The translations under genes were made by a program, and so were the position numbers. The notes under the pieces were generated by a model. It was not told the origin of the DNA and made no database searches. It was given only the letters and a program-made list of their open reading frames with translations. Positions 22,701 through 36,100 of a stretch of 64,000 nucleotides of DNA are shown piece after piece; position 1 is the stretch's first letter, and each line of letters starts with the position of its first letter. The stretch spans positions 248,001-312,000 of the forward strand of contig JAQGDQ010000254.1 of assembly GCA_030141605.1 (NCBI GenBank), in the 5' to 3' direction. The DNA is from Tubiluchus corallicola (taxonomy: Eukaryota > Animalia > Priapulida).

Positions 22701-25700
22701 ATCCTCAGTTCCTCTTACGTTGCAAAATATTGCAATTACAAACACTGTCAAAGTGTAGCTAATTAATTAATAATTATAACCAGCTGACTAACTTGAATTC
22801 GTTGGTAAAAGATGCTATTAATACTTGCCCTGAAAGATATTTCAATGTTTTCTCCACCCCAACCTTCCATTCCGGGATCATAGGCACCAATTTCCCAGAA
22901 GTATTTACGATCAACTGCCAGCAGACCACCCAGCATTGTTGGAGACCTTGAAATAATCACAATAAATAATAAATAAATACTTTCAGTAATTAGATAATAA
23001 AATTTTGTCTTTATAACATAAATCATCACAAGAATTGCACCTGCAGTGTAAACAAACAACAAAAATAACTTGTCATTTAGTAATTTTTTTCTTTTCACAT
23101 AAGCATAAGTGAAACAAACAAGTAATCAACAGACTATGCAGAAGAAATGTGATGCAAGAAATATTTAATGCCTTTTAAAGCAAAACTGAGAGCAAAATTA
23201 CATTTGATTTCAAAATACAATTTGACATTACTAATAATCATATCATGTTTAAAAATTGAGGAAATCTTTGTGCAGGCAAAAATAAGCTGCTTTAATTTTG
23301 CTGTGATGTCACTGGCGTCTCTAGTGCATTTAAGACATAAAATACAAAAATACCACTGTATCAAACTTTTCTTGCTGAATTTACACAAATTATGTCAGCG
23401 ACACGAAAAACAGCCAAAACTCTTGTATATATCAAGTACGGGTGCAACGAATTTGCTTGTTAAACTATAGCTGTATGGAAACTAGGAGACCTGTGTGGCT
23501 CCGTTAGGCTGTACAAACAATAGTATGTCAAATACTCTGGTGAATCAAATCTGTGATCTAAAAATAAACTGCTAATCACTACGTTCTGGATTAATATTTG
23601 CACAATAATTAAAGGCAAAAATTAATAATTCTGGCTAAATTTCATGAAAACTACATTTGGCTTAGACTAAGAATTACTGAACTATTCTGCAAGGATAACA
23701 AGTGTTTTAGCAATACTATAGTAAGTTGTAACTAAAAAAATATTTTGGATAAACTCATCCCAGCTTATTTGAGCTACAATTTCCCAAATGTACTTCAGTT
23801 AGGACTTGCACACCTCATGATATCTGCGTAAATAAATGAAATGATTGTAAATTCAGTGGTCCTACCTGTCTACTATTTAACCACAGAGACAAAAAGCTGC
23901 AACAGCTTTGAGTTTCATTTTCGTTTTGAATCTTACATTAATTCAGAGAGCACACGCAGTCTGCTCTGGCTCAAAACTGTCACTGGCAAAGCACAGGAAA
24001 CCACAGAATATAGTATATAGTACCTGTAGCAATATAGTACCTTTGACGAAATCAAACTCTCTCATGAAAACTATATGTCCAGGTCTTCTCTCATTGATCA
24101 CACCTAAATATACACTGTTCTCGTACAATTTTATCCTTGCTATCCTTGCGAAGGATAAAATTTTATCTCTACAACTTGATCCTACGTGGAAAGACATTAA
24201 TATAGGTTCTTTCGAACCTGTTACTCTATCCTATTAACAATTATTATATTTTCCTCACTATGAATATACGTATTTTGTAATTTGTTAACAAAATACTGTT
24301 TAAACTGATTTTATCCTTTAGAAAATGTAAATATGATCACTCGTTGTCAGAAGCACAAAGCAACCTCATAATGAGACATTTAAAAAGCATGTTTGATCTG
24401 AAAATGTTCAGAACAGAAAGTTTAATCACCTGACAACAATAAAGCAGTGACATCACGCTAACATTTTGGCACCTGCCATCTTGTTTGTAACATCTTGGTC
24501 ATCTATAAGTGTGGAAAAACGTATGACTTGAGCTTAATGTTAAAAAGCCTTCAGTATTGGTTTAAATTGAATAATCTTAAGAAAACCCAACATACATAAT
24601 AGGATCAGTGCTATGATTTCTCATATGCCTATGCTCTTTGGGAATTGGTATCCATCGGAAAAACAGTGACCAGCTAAAACTGCCTGCTGCTAGTTCTCCA
24701 GCATGATACTCCATTGTGTTGCCTTCGATTATGTCTATGATTGGTATGACTATGGTGTTGCGCCTGTCCTTAATTCGCTGAAGTAAAGGTGGCAACCTAG
24801 AATGCAAAAATGCTAATCTAATGTAATTCCTTCCGACTGTAAAATATTATATAAGAGACATTTTGTTTATGAAGCATTTTATGCACTTTTCGGAATGGTA
24901 ACTTCAGCAAAGAAAATTTTAGAGTTGGTGGTAGCAAAATATTATAATAGTTGCACTGTTGTGCAGGTATTATAATAGGTAAACTCAGGATGTAAAAAGT
25001 CGTAAGAAAAATCATGCATCATCAGGAGCAAACACCAACAAATGTATAACTTGAGAATGTTTCCACACATCTTCTTATAGCGAATTACTTCCTGTAAAAT
25101 TAAAATTTTTGTAAACTCTCCCCTAACTCATTTTGTTTGTTTATATATAAGCAAATGTTACTGATCTATTACATTAAGTGATTCATTATGACACAGTATC
25201 CATACCAGTTTTCTGCAACTTCACAATGTGCATCGAGAAAGATAAGAACATCCCCGACAGCTGCATCGGCTCCAACAATACGACCGCCAGCAATTCCTCG
25301 CCTTTGCTTTAAGCGTACAACACGAACATTGAGAAAATGGTTTGCTACATAATGGGACAATCGATTTCCTAGCTCAGCTGTAATTAAATTATTACATTTA
25401 CATAATTATATAGGCTATAGAGCCAATTTCCTGTTTTAAATTTAATAGTGATCCTGGCTGATCAACCTACTTTACCCTAAATTCACAATTGCAACAAAAA
25501 GACAATTTACTTTCCCTTTAAAAAGAAAAGCTTCATCCACATTTACCAAAAAAAGATCAAATACCTCTGTCACTGAAGTCATCCACAAGCAAGACCTCAC
25601 GCAGTAAATGAGCAGGAGATCGCTTAACAACACTCCACACTGTACGAATTAGTGGAGACCATGCCTCATTATTGAATATGATTATAACACTGGCTATGGG

Positions 25701-26977
25701 TAGTTCAGCATCGTATGTCAACTTTTTACAACTAAAATAGACAACTGGTCAAAAACTTGAAAATCACATATTATTAAATGAGCAAATTTAGATTATCGTG
25801 ATGCAAAAACAAAATGAATGATCACATAACAATAATAATAAATGCATTTAGGGCATCGTCTAGGAGATAACACCTTAAGTAACCCAACACTTATTTCCAC
25901 AAGGTGGTCCCGATTATTATTACCCTCATGTTACTTCGATAAATGTTCTTGGTGAAGGAACCAGCTGTACCATTTTTTAAGTCTTTGGTATGATTCAGTT
26001 GGGAGTAGAATTCGAGACCTTCTGGATGGGAAGCGATCGCACTACTACTGAACTACGTCACCTGGTCGATGAATAATTCATACTTATGCATGTCAGAATC
26101 GCATTAGTCTCAGCATTCAATTTATGATCAGAAGTTTTTTAACCACATAGTCTATAGGTCTAGAGTAAAAATGTAGAGGTGTCCTTGTTCTTAAGATTCA
26201 TATATAATACATTTATATAATCATTGGTAGCTAAATGTAGCAAAGTTTATGACAAGAGGTGCCTATACAGGCCAAATAACTGCATTTTTTAAGCTAACTC
26301 AGGACTTCTACACCCAAACTTATCCACTTACAAGCCAGGTAGTTAGTGATACAAATATCGTGATGAACCAGTACTTTCTCTAAAATACACATCTTAGAGT
26401 ACAACAAATCCCTCTATTTTTTCTTAGCTGGAAAATGAAGTAAGAATAACTGTCATACATTAATTTCTAAATACAATTAGACCTTTGACTAACTCTACTG
26501 AACAGGTTACATATATACAGTTTCTGTTAATAACAACAAAGTATTTTGAAAGAATTGTTGCGATGGAATTTGTGTTGAGAAAGGGGGGAGAGAAAGAAAG
26601 AGAGAGAGAGAGATAGGCACGTCTAAATTTAAGAGCTAGAAACACATGTGATACCCTGGATCCCTTGTATCTGGAATGGAACGAATGTAGGAAATCTGGT
26701 CGCTGGCAACGACATTAAATTTTTCTTTTTCAAACAACTTCCTCTGCAATTTTTCTTCTTCTCCTGACAAAAGAACTGGTTCACCATTTTCACCAAAATG
26801 TCTTGCTGGCCCATCCGCCGGCACCCGAATCACAACATGTCGAACACGATCACTTTTTTTAATAATAATCTCGGTATTGTTATAAAAGATAATAAGTCCT
26901 ACACCATTTAACACACAACATAAACCAATCACAACCTTGATAATAGTTTTTCCATTCTGACTGATAAAAAGCCACAT
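10754..26977 (-). CDS. GALNT: Polypeptide N-acetylgalactosaminyltransferase (GT27 + ricin-B lectin), copy A, catalytic motifs intact, about 562 aa
   Basis: Ten coding exons: 26977-26655, 25731-25565, 25377-25206, 24796-24596, 22946-22829, 21224-21024, 20257-20123, 17464-17357, 11947-11807, 10876-10754 (sum 1689 nt, ending in TAG). N-terminal TM segment; [82 protein letters not shown]; lectin repeats with [13 protein letters not shown] and CLD..QRW. The symbol is family-level only. Confidence 0.93.
11019..11607. mobile_element. Tc1/pogo (Tigger-like) MITE, same family as 53287-53905
   Basis: Ends cagaatgtccttgcttaa / ttaagctaggacttactg-TA. Positions 11019-11320 align by eye with 53287-53600 (e.g. 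tttgacaccttttctcactta, ttacctaatttgaagcat). Confidence 0.65.
11645..11752. repeat. Degenerate (ATC/GTC)n microsatellite
   Basis: catcatcatcatcatcatcatcgttgttgttgccatcatcatcatc... It explains the spurious Ile-rich ORF at 11660-11953. Confidence 0.85.
13130..16180 (+). mobile_element. Decayed LINE (CR1/L2-group) ORF2: AP endonuclease plus reverse transcriptase, antisense in a GALNT-A intron
   Basis: Frameshifted fragments: [13 protein letters not shown] and [12 protein letters not shown] (endonuclease); [56 protein letters not shown] (RT); [15 protein letters not shown] (C-terminal). A short (ctaa/ctaaa)n tail lies at about 16160-16180. Confidence 0.9.
16300..16402 (+). other. 5S rRNA-like fragment (pseudogene or 5S-derived SINE head)
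   Basis: ctggtcagtacgtggatgggtga (16354-16376) closely resembles the 5S internal control region ctggttagtacttggatgggaga. The rest is degenerate. Confidence 0.5.
19188..20012. mobile_element. Tc1/pogo-type MITE, TA target
   Basis: TA-cagtcaaacctc ... gaggtttgactg-TA. The interior is homologous, in the opposite orientation, to 33706-34392. Confidence 0.85.
25870..26060 (-). mobile_element. tRNA-derived SINE fragment
   Basis: gtaccattttttaagtctttggtatgattcagttgggagtagaattcgagacc is homologous to 3300-3390. Confidence 0.55.
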
Positions 26978-27699
26978 TATTAGATTTGGTTTAAATCCGT
27001 GTTCTGCATGACATTCCGTCGCAAGTTACAAGGTAGTTTTAACGACATGCCCATCTGATAAAAAAACGAAAACTTTTCACTGATAAATGCTTGTTTGGCA
27101 AAGATCGTGAAACTTGTCATTGCAAAAATATCTGTGGCTCTGGTTTAACAAACATCCAAAAAATCATGTCATACTGTCAAAATCTGCAAAAAATGAATAA
27201 CTCATTAAACTGTAGACTAGATATTTTTATTCAATATTGAACAAGTTACAGTACATTAAAAAGTAAAGGTGATGACTTTGACACTTTTTACAAGCCAAAC
27301 ATCACAGCAAAACCACTACGCTTGTCTTGCATCACTCTACATTGCATATCAACTACTTGTACTATTTGTTACTGTAGTATACACTCATTTCATGGCTTAA
27401 CTTTTATTCTGATTTTGCAGATTATGGAATTTGGCTTAGAAAATTTCACAGTGTGAAAATGTAGACTGTCAACTTGTTAACTTAGTACACTTACATATTA
27501 ATGTAATAGCTGTTTCGATCAGCCTAGTAACTATTATGTTAGCTTAAGTCAAGGCTGATTTAAGTCAGCTTAAGTTAAGTTCATTTGAAATATGTTAAAT
27601 ATAAGAAATGTAAGAGAAGCGAACCATGATTTTTTAAACAAGAGATTAACTACTCGAAATAACTGTTTATTAACATTTTAAAAACTTATTTCAGGCTAC

Positions 27700-28400
27700 T
27701 GAACTGAAATGTATCAATAAATGGACTGTTATGTTTAACAACATATGAAAAAGGATAATATATATTATTATATTCCTTTAATGATGTAATCCCTCTGCGA
27801 CAGTGCTCAGCAATGTACCTAGGCCAATGTAGCTAAATTCATGGAAAAAAGCGTGCAAGAAGACTTAAAGAAAAAAGGATTTCACAAAAACACTAACTTT
27901 TGTGGTTCATAGTTTATGTGTTCAGGCTATCAGCATGTAATAACTCATTGTTATATTCAAACGAATTATTGAAAATGGATTATCACTTTTTGGGAAATTA
28001 TTGAAAATTATAAACTGAAATTGAACAACATCATAATATTTGCTACCTTTTTGTACATTCATATCAGTAAGAAAATTTTTATCGGGATCAACATTTTCAG
28101 TATCATCATACACATCAAGGTTCAATGAATCTATATCAATATCAGAATAAAAATTACAGTGTCTAGTTAATAAGTGAAAACCATCATCATCATCAATGTT
28201 ATTAAATGGAAAAATTTCCTGCAAACAACAGTGGCAAAGCCATGGGTCTCTGTCTCTAGAAAGTATATTATAATCAGTTAATATAATATATCATAGTTAA
28301 AAGAAAGCATTTAAGATGGACCCAGGATCAGCAGCAATCGCACAGCATCCCACGCTGATTTCTCTTTACTGGTTTTTTTTGCACGCAGTACAGGGAAACT
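27700..28400 (-). mobile_element. LINE remnant (ORF2 N-terminus of an L2/CR1-group element)
   Basis: ORF 27922-28224 (FPFNNIDD...VDPDKNFL...SKYYD...FSIIRLNI) resembles the segment leading into the endonuclease of such elements. Boundaries are approximate. Confidence 0.55.
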
Positions 28401-29552
28401 GAACCATGATCAAAGTTAGTAAAAAAAAGTTGAAGTCAAAAACAAAAGAAAGTAGTGCAAATGGAAAAATAAAAACACAGCAACAACAACACCAAAAGCA
28501 AGGTGCAAGAGGATGCTTCAAAAAGTCGAGTGGCGGCAGAAAAACATTTTACACTGGGCGTAATAACAGACAAATTATAGGGCAGTAATTCATTGGCTAA
28601 CTCAGCAGTAAAACTAGCAATCAAAATTACATGAAATTAAGTATTGTGATAACACAGCTTGATTAACATTATTTATGGTGTTTATGTCTAGTCTCACATA
28701 GTATTAGAAGTTGCTAAAAGTCCCAAGAGATGTATAGATTATTATGAATAACACAGAATAATACATTTGAAGTGTTTGATGTGATATATCATCACTGCTT
28801 GTTAAACAGATTTATTAACAACCTAACTGGCTATGGATAATATGGCATAATGAAACATTTCTCTTAATACATAGAACATTAGCCAAAACGTAGCATTACT
28901 GCTTACTAATTTTATCATTAGTATATCATGGCACAATAAACACTGTTTATGGTCCCTATTCGGCTTAACGTGGCAGCATGGGTTACAAAACAGATTAAAA
29001 CTTGTATGTGAAAACATGATACCAATAAACGATATTTGTACGCATTGTTTAAATAAGTGTATCACTAAGAGTAAGAGCTGTTATTTAGAACAATTAGATT
29101 AACGAAGTGTAAATAGCGATATAATAACATAATATTAACTGTGTGGGAATTAATTTGAGTAACAAAGCATTTATGCATATGTTATTAAGGGAGGGGAGGT
29201 ATTTGGCATTAGCTTAGCATTAGGGCTTTCAAAAGAAACAAACTATTGCAAATATAGTTTAATGAATATTGCATTAAGTGCAGAATAATATTTTGAAGAC
29301 TAGGTTTATTCTTAATAAGTATAGTGCTTAAGTCTGCAGAGTGCCCACACAATAGGTGGAATGAGACTTTGAAGAAGGATATATAAATTTAATGTTATAA
29401 ACTTAAAATGGACTCTACGGATTTACATAATACAACAACAGTACACGAGATGTCCAGCAAGTGCGATCATCCACGCTTGGCATAACAGTCATCGCCAAGT
29501 AGATACTAATCCTATCTGAAAACTCAAAAACAATCAGGTAGACACTTATTTC

Positions 29553-30868
29553 CAGGGCACTTTATTTATGACTTTAGTCATAAATTGCATAAATAGCTTA
29601 TTTAATACTAATTTCAGATTTTATTTATGACTATTTATGACGTGTCAAATTTTGACCAAAAATGCCATCCTGAGCTAAAAGAAATACATATTTTTAATCA
29701 GAATCTTGTATTTTGCCTTTCTTCGTTCTTCATTACATTAAAATGTAATAAAAATGTCTACTTTCATCATTCCAAGGCCTGAAGTTTCTCGTATTGTTTT
29801 GCATGCAGGCATCCCTCCAGACTGAAATCCGTGATCGTGTTTATAATAATTATAGTATCGGTTTTAATTTGTTTAGGATGACCTATAAAATTACTGCTCA
29901 TAAAAATCAATCTATTAATTAATTCGTACAGTCACAATTCGTAGCCACAATTAGTACAAGTAAATAATGTATTTTTTTAAATATCGATTTTAAATTTAAT
30001 GTTGGAAAATACTATTGGCTATTACATCTTTCTAGGGAACCGTCACGTATGTTTTCTAATTAAAATTACATTAAGCAAAATAACTAAACAAGAAAAACAG
30101 TTAAATTTTAATGACAATGAAGCAACAAATTCTCCCAAAGATAAAATATGCTCAAATTCTAGCAGACGGCATTATTCTTATTTCTTGAGGATGAGGCAGT
30201 AAGGCACGGGAAACGCTTGCGGCAAACTCGAGCTAAAACCTACACCCAAGCCATTGACTTACGCCGCTTAGGGGTAAGCATCGAAGTTCGGTTCGATTCG
30301 AATTCGAAAGTCACAAATTCGGTTCGATTCGAATTCGCTTTCTGGTAGAGAATGCTCACCCCTAACGCCGCTAGGATGAGAAAGGCACTGAAATGAACGT
30401 GCAAAGAAAAGAATTAGAAGTGTAGATTTCTGTTATTGTGCAGAGCGTAGGTTTGAGGCGGCAGAACTTTAGGACATTAAAATAGGTAAGCTGTCTTTAA
30501 TTCAAATTTTCGATGGAACGACAACGATTCTGTCGGTGCCTATTTATTTTTTCGCGGTAACGCGCTCATTTACTTTTTATTATTTAGGTTGCTTCTAGAC
30601 GAGTTAATGACAGATAAACGCATCAGTTAGACAGTCTCAGTTACTGTGTTAGTCCACCAAACAGTCACGCGCAAGCTTCTTATGGACTGCCTGTGTGTGT
30701 GGGAGAGAGAGAGAGAGAGAGACGGTGGAAACAGTTTTCTGTACTGAATTTTTTGTTCCATTCATCGGGAAATGATTATTTTTCTTTCGTTATTTATGAC
30801 AAATTTGAAATCTTATTTATGACTATTTATGACTATTTTGCAAGAAAAGTCATAAATAAAGTGCCCTG
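29553..30868. mobile_element. hAT-type MITE, 1316 bp, upstream of GALNT-A
   Basis: Perfect TIRs cagggcactttatttatgact / agtcataaataaagtgccctg. Perfect 8-bp TSD cttatttc at 29545-29552 and 30869-30876. Subterminal tatttatgac repeats. Confidence 0.93.
30269..30364. mobile_element. 96-bp hAT-type micro-MITE nested in the 1.3-kb MITE
   Basis: TIRs taggggtaagcat / atgctcaccccta (12/13). Perfect 8-bp TSD acgccgct at 30261-30268 and 30365-30372. The interior contains two copies of ttcggttcgattcgaattcg. Confidence 0.9.
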
Positions 30869-31099
30869 CTTATTTCTCTAGTTTGAAATCGAAAAATTTA
30901 AGGTAAGAGGGTAGATCTTCGTTGCTAGGTATCTAACGCATCATCTTCCCAGCAACAAATACGCGAATCTTAGCGTTCGCCACTAATTACCTAGCCATCT
31001 ATACGAGCCACATGTACGACACAGTCGAGTTAATATTTAACACCATACTTCCGTCTCTCTATCATGCAGCTCTATTCTCCCCAACATGGAAACTTATCC

Positions 31100-32200
31100 C
31101 AAACCATGTATCAGAGTATGAGAATGATCAATGACAAAAATTCAGAAAGACAAAAGCCAAACAAAATTCTAAAAGCGGGATATGAAAATCTATTTTAGCA
31201 AAATTTATAAAGATGATAGGAAAAAGAGAGGCTGGAACAAGCTCAAATTTTACAAAGCATTAAAATGCAAATGCAAAATGGAGTTATACCTAAACATTAT
31301 TAAGGACAAAAATCATAGACAGGCTATCACAAGACGCCGATTGAGTATCATGATTTGGAAATCAAACATGCTCATTACACCAAAACACCAGAACAAGAAT
31401 AAGTATGAAGTTACTGCGCAAATTCCTCCCCTAAAAACACGAAATAGAAGATGAAATGCACGTTATTTATGATTGCCAACTTTTCGCTGAAAACATAAGA
31501 AATTTATGAAAATAAACTTTTAACCTTTTTCTCTAGAAACACTACCTCTCTCATGGGGCTACTTAGCAATGACGTTCAACAATGTATAATCATTTTGGAG
31601 AAAATATATTTAAAAACTTCCAAATAAGAAAAACCAAAAGCTAACGCTGGCTACACCTTGTTAAAACTTTTCAGTGTTAACCCAGCTACTCAAGAGTTGA
31701 GATATTTTAATACTTTTGGCATTATTTTATGTTGCATAATGTATGGTTGTTAATAGTTTTTAATACTGTTTTTTTTTTGTTTTTATAGGCTTTGTGGTTA
31801 CCCTTTGTACATTTATGACACCAAGCCAAGAAACTTAATTTGGCAACAACTCTGATCCCTATGGTAGAAATCAGTACTACGGCAGCGGACTCTAACCAAA
31901 TCTATTTTGGACTTTTATTATTTTATTCTTTATAACCTTTCATTTAAAAAGCTGGAACAGATACTACTCTTAAGTCATTTTTCTTTTTTCATTGCTGCAT
32001 TATACAATATCTAACTGTGATTTTTCGATCGATATACTACATCTTAATATTTATTAATAAAAATAACTTTGCATAAAGCCTATTATTATTATTTTCAGTT
32101 TATGTAGTATTTGACATGTATATTATAAAAACATTATTACTTTGCCAATGTACACTATATGTATTTGTGCAAATAAAATTAAATTGAATTTAAAATTAAA
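31100..32200 (+). mobile_element. 3' remnant of a LINE (post-RT region)
   Basis: KLKFYKALK..MELYLNIIKDKNHRQAITRRRLS, followed after a frameshift by EDEMHVIYDC, is typical of the C-terminal zinc-knuckle region. An aataaa plus (aaatt)n tail lies near 32170-32200. Confidence 0.65.
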
Positions 32201-33144
32201 CTGCTATATATTATTATTAGTGGCTTTTGTGTATTTTAGTGGTAATTACAGTTAGGGTTCTTGCAAAACAATTTAAATGGCCACAGTAAACAGTTGTTGA
32301 GATTCATCAGCAATAGCATTCAATTTGAAAATTTTAGATTTGCATCCATGAATTCTCACAGTACACGTAAGGACCTTATCGGGAGAGACACAACCTAAGG
32401 TTTGAAGTTTAGCTTTCTTTTGTAATGATTGCACACCTTACCAGTCTCAAAGATTTCAACCAATATATTAGGCAAAAGCAATTTATGCAGATTCTGGAGA
32501 TTAGGATTGCTGCTAATGTTTTTGGTAAAACCAAAAACTGCAACCAAGCCACGATCAACAAAATTTTTTTATCATAAAAATTATGGCTCTTGTTTGGATG
32601 TTGCACATGTTTACTAGTGATGGTGAGTGACATATACCACTACCTATAGCCTTTATACTTAAAATGCAGTGGTGTATCAGCATTGTGTTGTGAAGAAAAA
32701 TCCTAAATTTGTGAGTTTACAATCAAATCTTGAAGATAAATCATCAACTCTATCATTTCATGACATATGATCAGTAATACTGTACAACATGATTGCATGC
32801 GGTCATAAAAAACATGTACACACATTCAATAACAAAATAATTATTAACTTTGTAAATAATTTAAGAATTTATTAACAATAGCCAACAATAACGCATGTAT
32901 TCATCACGTCAGAACTTAGTAAAATTGGTTGCAGTACACACGTTACACACAGTACCAGTCATTTTCAGACAAGTTTGCACATTAATTCCTACATATACTT
33001 TTATCGAGTTAGTGAATATTTAAATATATGTTCTAGCTAAAATAATCACAGTGCGCAAAAGGCCAACAGTACAGAATAAGTACAATAACAGTCTGAAATT
33101 TAATTATATAGACACAGTGTATCGATTTAGTGAAGCATAGGAGT

Positions 33145-36100
33145 TCAATCAAGGGTTTGAAATTCCCATTCTCGAGACTTAGGTTTAGTGTGATTACAGG
33201 TTTTAATTTCCAAATGTCTCGATGATGCTTCATTCAGACACTTTTTCGTAGCGCTGTGAACAATTGTACCACTCTGGATTAAAAAAAACAAGTTGTAGTA
33301 AACCCGTGAATAATACAGACATATAAAAAAGGAAGAGAGAAAGAGACGAGGAGGAGAAAGAGATGCGTAGAGCATGGAAAAGAACAAGTGAGAAAAAGCA
33401 GACAAAGGGAACAGGCACTTAATCACTTACTTTGTAAAATGTCCATGTTTGACTGCCCTTATCAGGGTTACATGCGGACAACCTCACAGCAGTACCATTA
33501 TTTCCAAAAACATCAAAGCAAAAAATCCGTTTGTAGCGAATTTCCCCAACTCTATTAATAGTGAACATCTGAAATTAACAAATCACTGGCATGAAAAGTG
33601 ATCCAGTTTTAGCTGGCAAACGTAGAGCGATATTTCATGTCTGGCGGTTTGAAATGTACGAGAAATCAGTCTACCATCACTAGCCTCATTGTCTCATTTC
33701 ACGTACTGTCAAACCTCTTTATACCACCCGTCTTGGGATGGGAAAAAACTTGTCGTTGCAGCGAGTTTGGTGTTATAACAAGATGTGTTAAATTTTGACA
33801 TTTACAAATCACAAAACATTCAGGTAAGTGTTCACATGTCAGTGTCCTCAGTTATCACTCTAAATGTTAATGAAGTAAAAAAATTATTAATTTAATCATT
33901 TACGAATGAATGATTCTCTCAAAATCAATCATTTTTATCAATAACATTTTGTTTACATAAACGTGTAAGTCATAACTATAAATTTCTTGCTGTAATTTGT
34001 TTGGATGATTCTTAGAAAACAACGTGTTTTCTTGTCAGTTGCTATTATGACTGCATGGCGTATTGATAATAATATCAGAGTATCAATCCTTTACTATTGT
34101 GATGTATGATGTACAGTACAGTTTGTAAACAATCAAAACTTGTTAATATGCATTGTTTTACATGACACGTGACGTTTGATCAGTGTAATCAGTGATTTGA
34201 CCAAGCAGAGAGTGTAGCAGTCTTGCACAGCTGGCATAATATCAAGGTCATATTTCCACATTGAACATATATATGAATTTGCCCTGCAGATGGCGTGTAA
34301 TGGGTGGCGGTATAACAGGCTATTTTTGTGTGCAGTTGAATACAGTCGTTTTGTTCTTGGCCATTTTGCATGTGATAAACAAGGTTTGACTGTACTACAA
34401 GATCTTTTGGTACCCTACTCTCTACTTGTTTTACCGCTTCAAGAATATTTGCAACTTACCTGCATTTCACTGCTTGACTGACATTCATAAACACCAAGAG
34501 GTTCTTGTTTTCCTATATCTCTCATTAATGTGTCAATACAGTTATGGGAAGCCTTGTTAACAATCTACAAAAGCAAAGCTGCATTGATGCAATCTAGCCG
34601 CAAGCAAAACTGAGTTTCAAAATAGACAGAAATAGCAAAAAAATGAATAAGCAGTAATTAAGACGATAACAATAATGGTAATAATCGCAATGATGGTGAT
34701 AATAATCACGAAGGTTTAAATCTCTGATAAGGTTGGGAAACTGCAGCAGTAAATTCAAGATACAGCTTTGACACCTCTTCTACGTTAAATGTAAGCTTTC
34801 TGCTAAAGCCAAGTATACATCAAGAGGAATGAATCAGTTGACTGTCTTTTTTTATAAAATATCATGCTTGTTTAATTGTTACATATCTACTAATTGTACA
34901 CTTTGTCTTTCATGTACTGTATTTGTATTATCTCTGTACAGTTTTACTGTATGTCAAAAGGTTGTAAAATAAATATGTTTAAACTAAGTTATGCACCAGC
35001 CAGTATAAAACCAAAGCCTTCTCTGCTTTGCTCATCCAGTTAGCTGGACCCATGATAGTTAAACTCTGTTTCATCCTTATATTTTGACACTATGTTTTTT
35101 ATACATCACTTTAATGCTTTGTAAATGAAAATCAGGAAACTTACACTGACTGGCCTCCATATCTGCTGGTATGAAACCAATCTAGGCAGTCTGTCTTTGT
35201 TGTTGAGGTACATTACAGTTCATTAGTGTCAGAAGAGGTAGGTAGGCATAAGCTTGTGTTCGTTTTCAACTGTGCATTTTGCAAGTGTTAAGCCGAAGTA
35301 CATTGTTTTTAGTCACTATTTCATGGGTGTGATCGATTTCTTTGATCAGCGCTAGCCAGTTATGGTGTGATAGATATGATGTAACAATGTTGGTTTTATG
35401 ACAACACAATGGCAATCAAAAATTTGTGACATACTGGTTGTTCTTTAGTTCAGCATGCTATGCGTACAGGCTAAAGTTACTTTTCGAATACAGCTAGTCT
35501 CTCAATTTGCTCTACTTATTGTTAACTCGCTGCAGTATATGACCCGGATTTTGCATTAACTGGATCCGGCTCACAATGGCTAGATTGTGAGTCTAGCTTT
35601 TCTGTTCTACTTGCTTGTGTTACTATTTTTCCACTATGCTTTCTTTAACAGACTTATTTTAAACATTTATGCTGATTAATACATTTCTGTATACTGTCTA
35701 AGCTGTAACTGCATTTTTTAATTTACCCCAACTTAGTCATTCTGAGGTCAGAATGCTTTTGTGAGGGAATAGTGCACTGAACACCTCTTTTGATGTATGT
35801 GCAAGTTTCTTCTATTGACGCCAAGTTACGCACCTAGCCAGTATGAAAGCAGCTTTCTTTGTTTTTTTACAGGTCCAGTCAATGTAACCCTTGACAGTTA
35901 AATAAACTGTTTCACTGTTGTATTATGATGCTTTGTGTATGTGCCTTGCTTAATAACGATACCATTTTCTTATACATCATTCTATTGTTTTGTGAATGTA
36001 AATCAGGGTCATTCTAGACTTAGCCCATCTGTATTTGCTGGTACTAAACCAACTGACCTGGGCAGTCTGCCTTTGTCGGTGAGGTAGTGACTGCAGTTGG

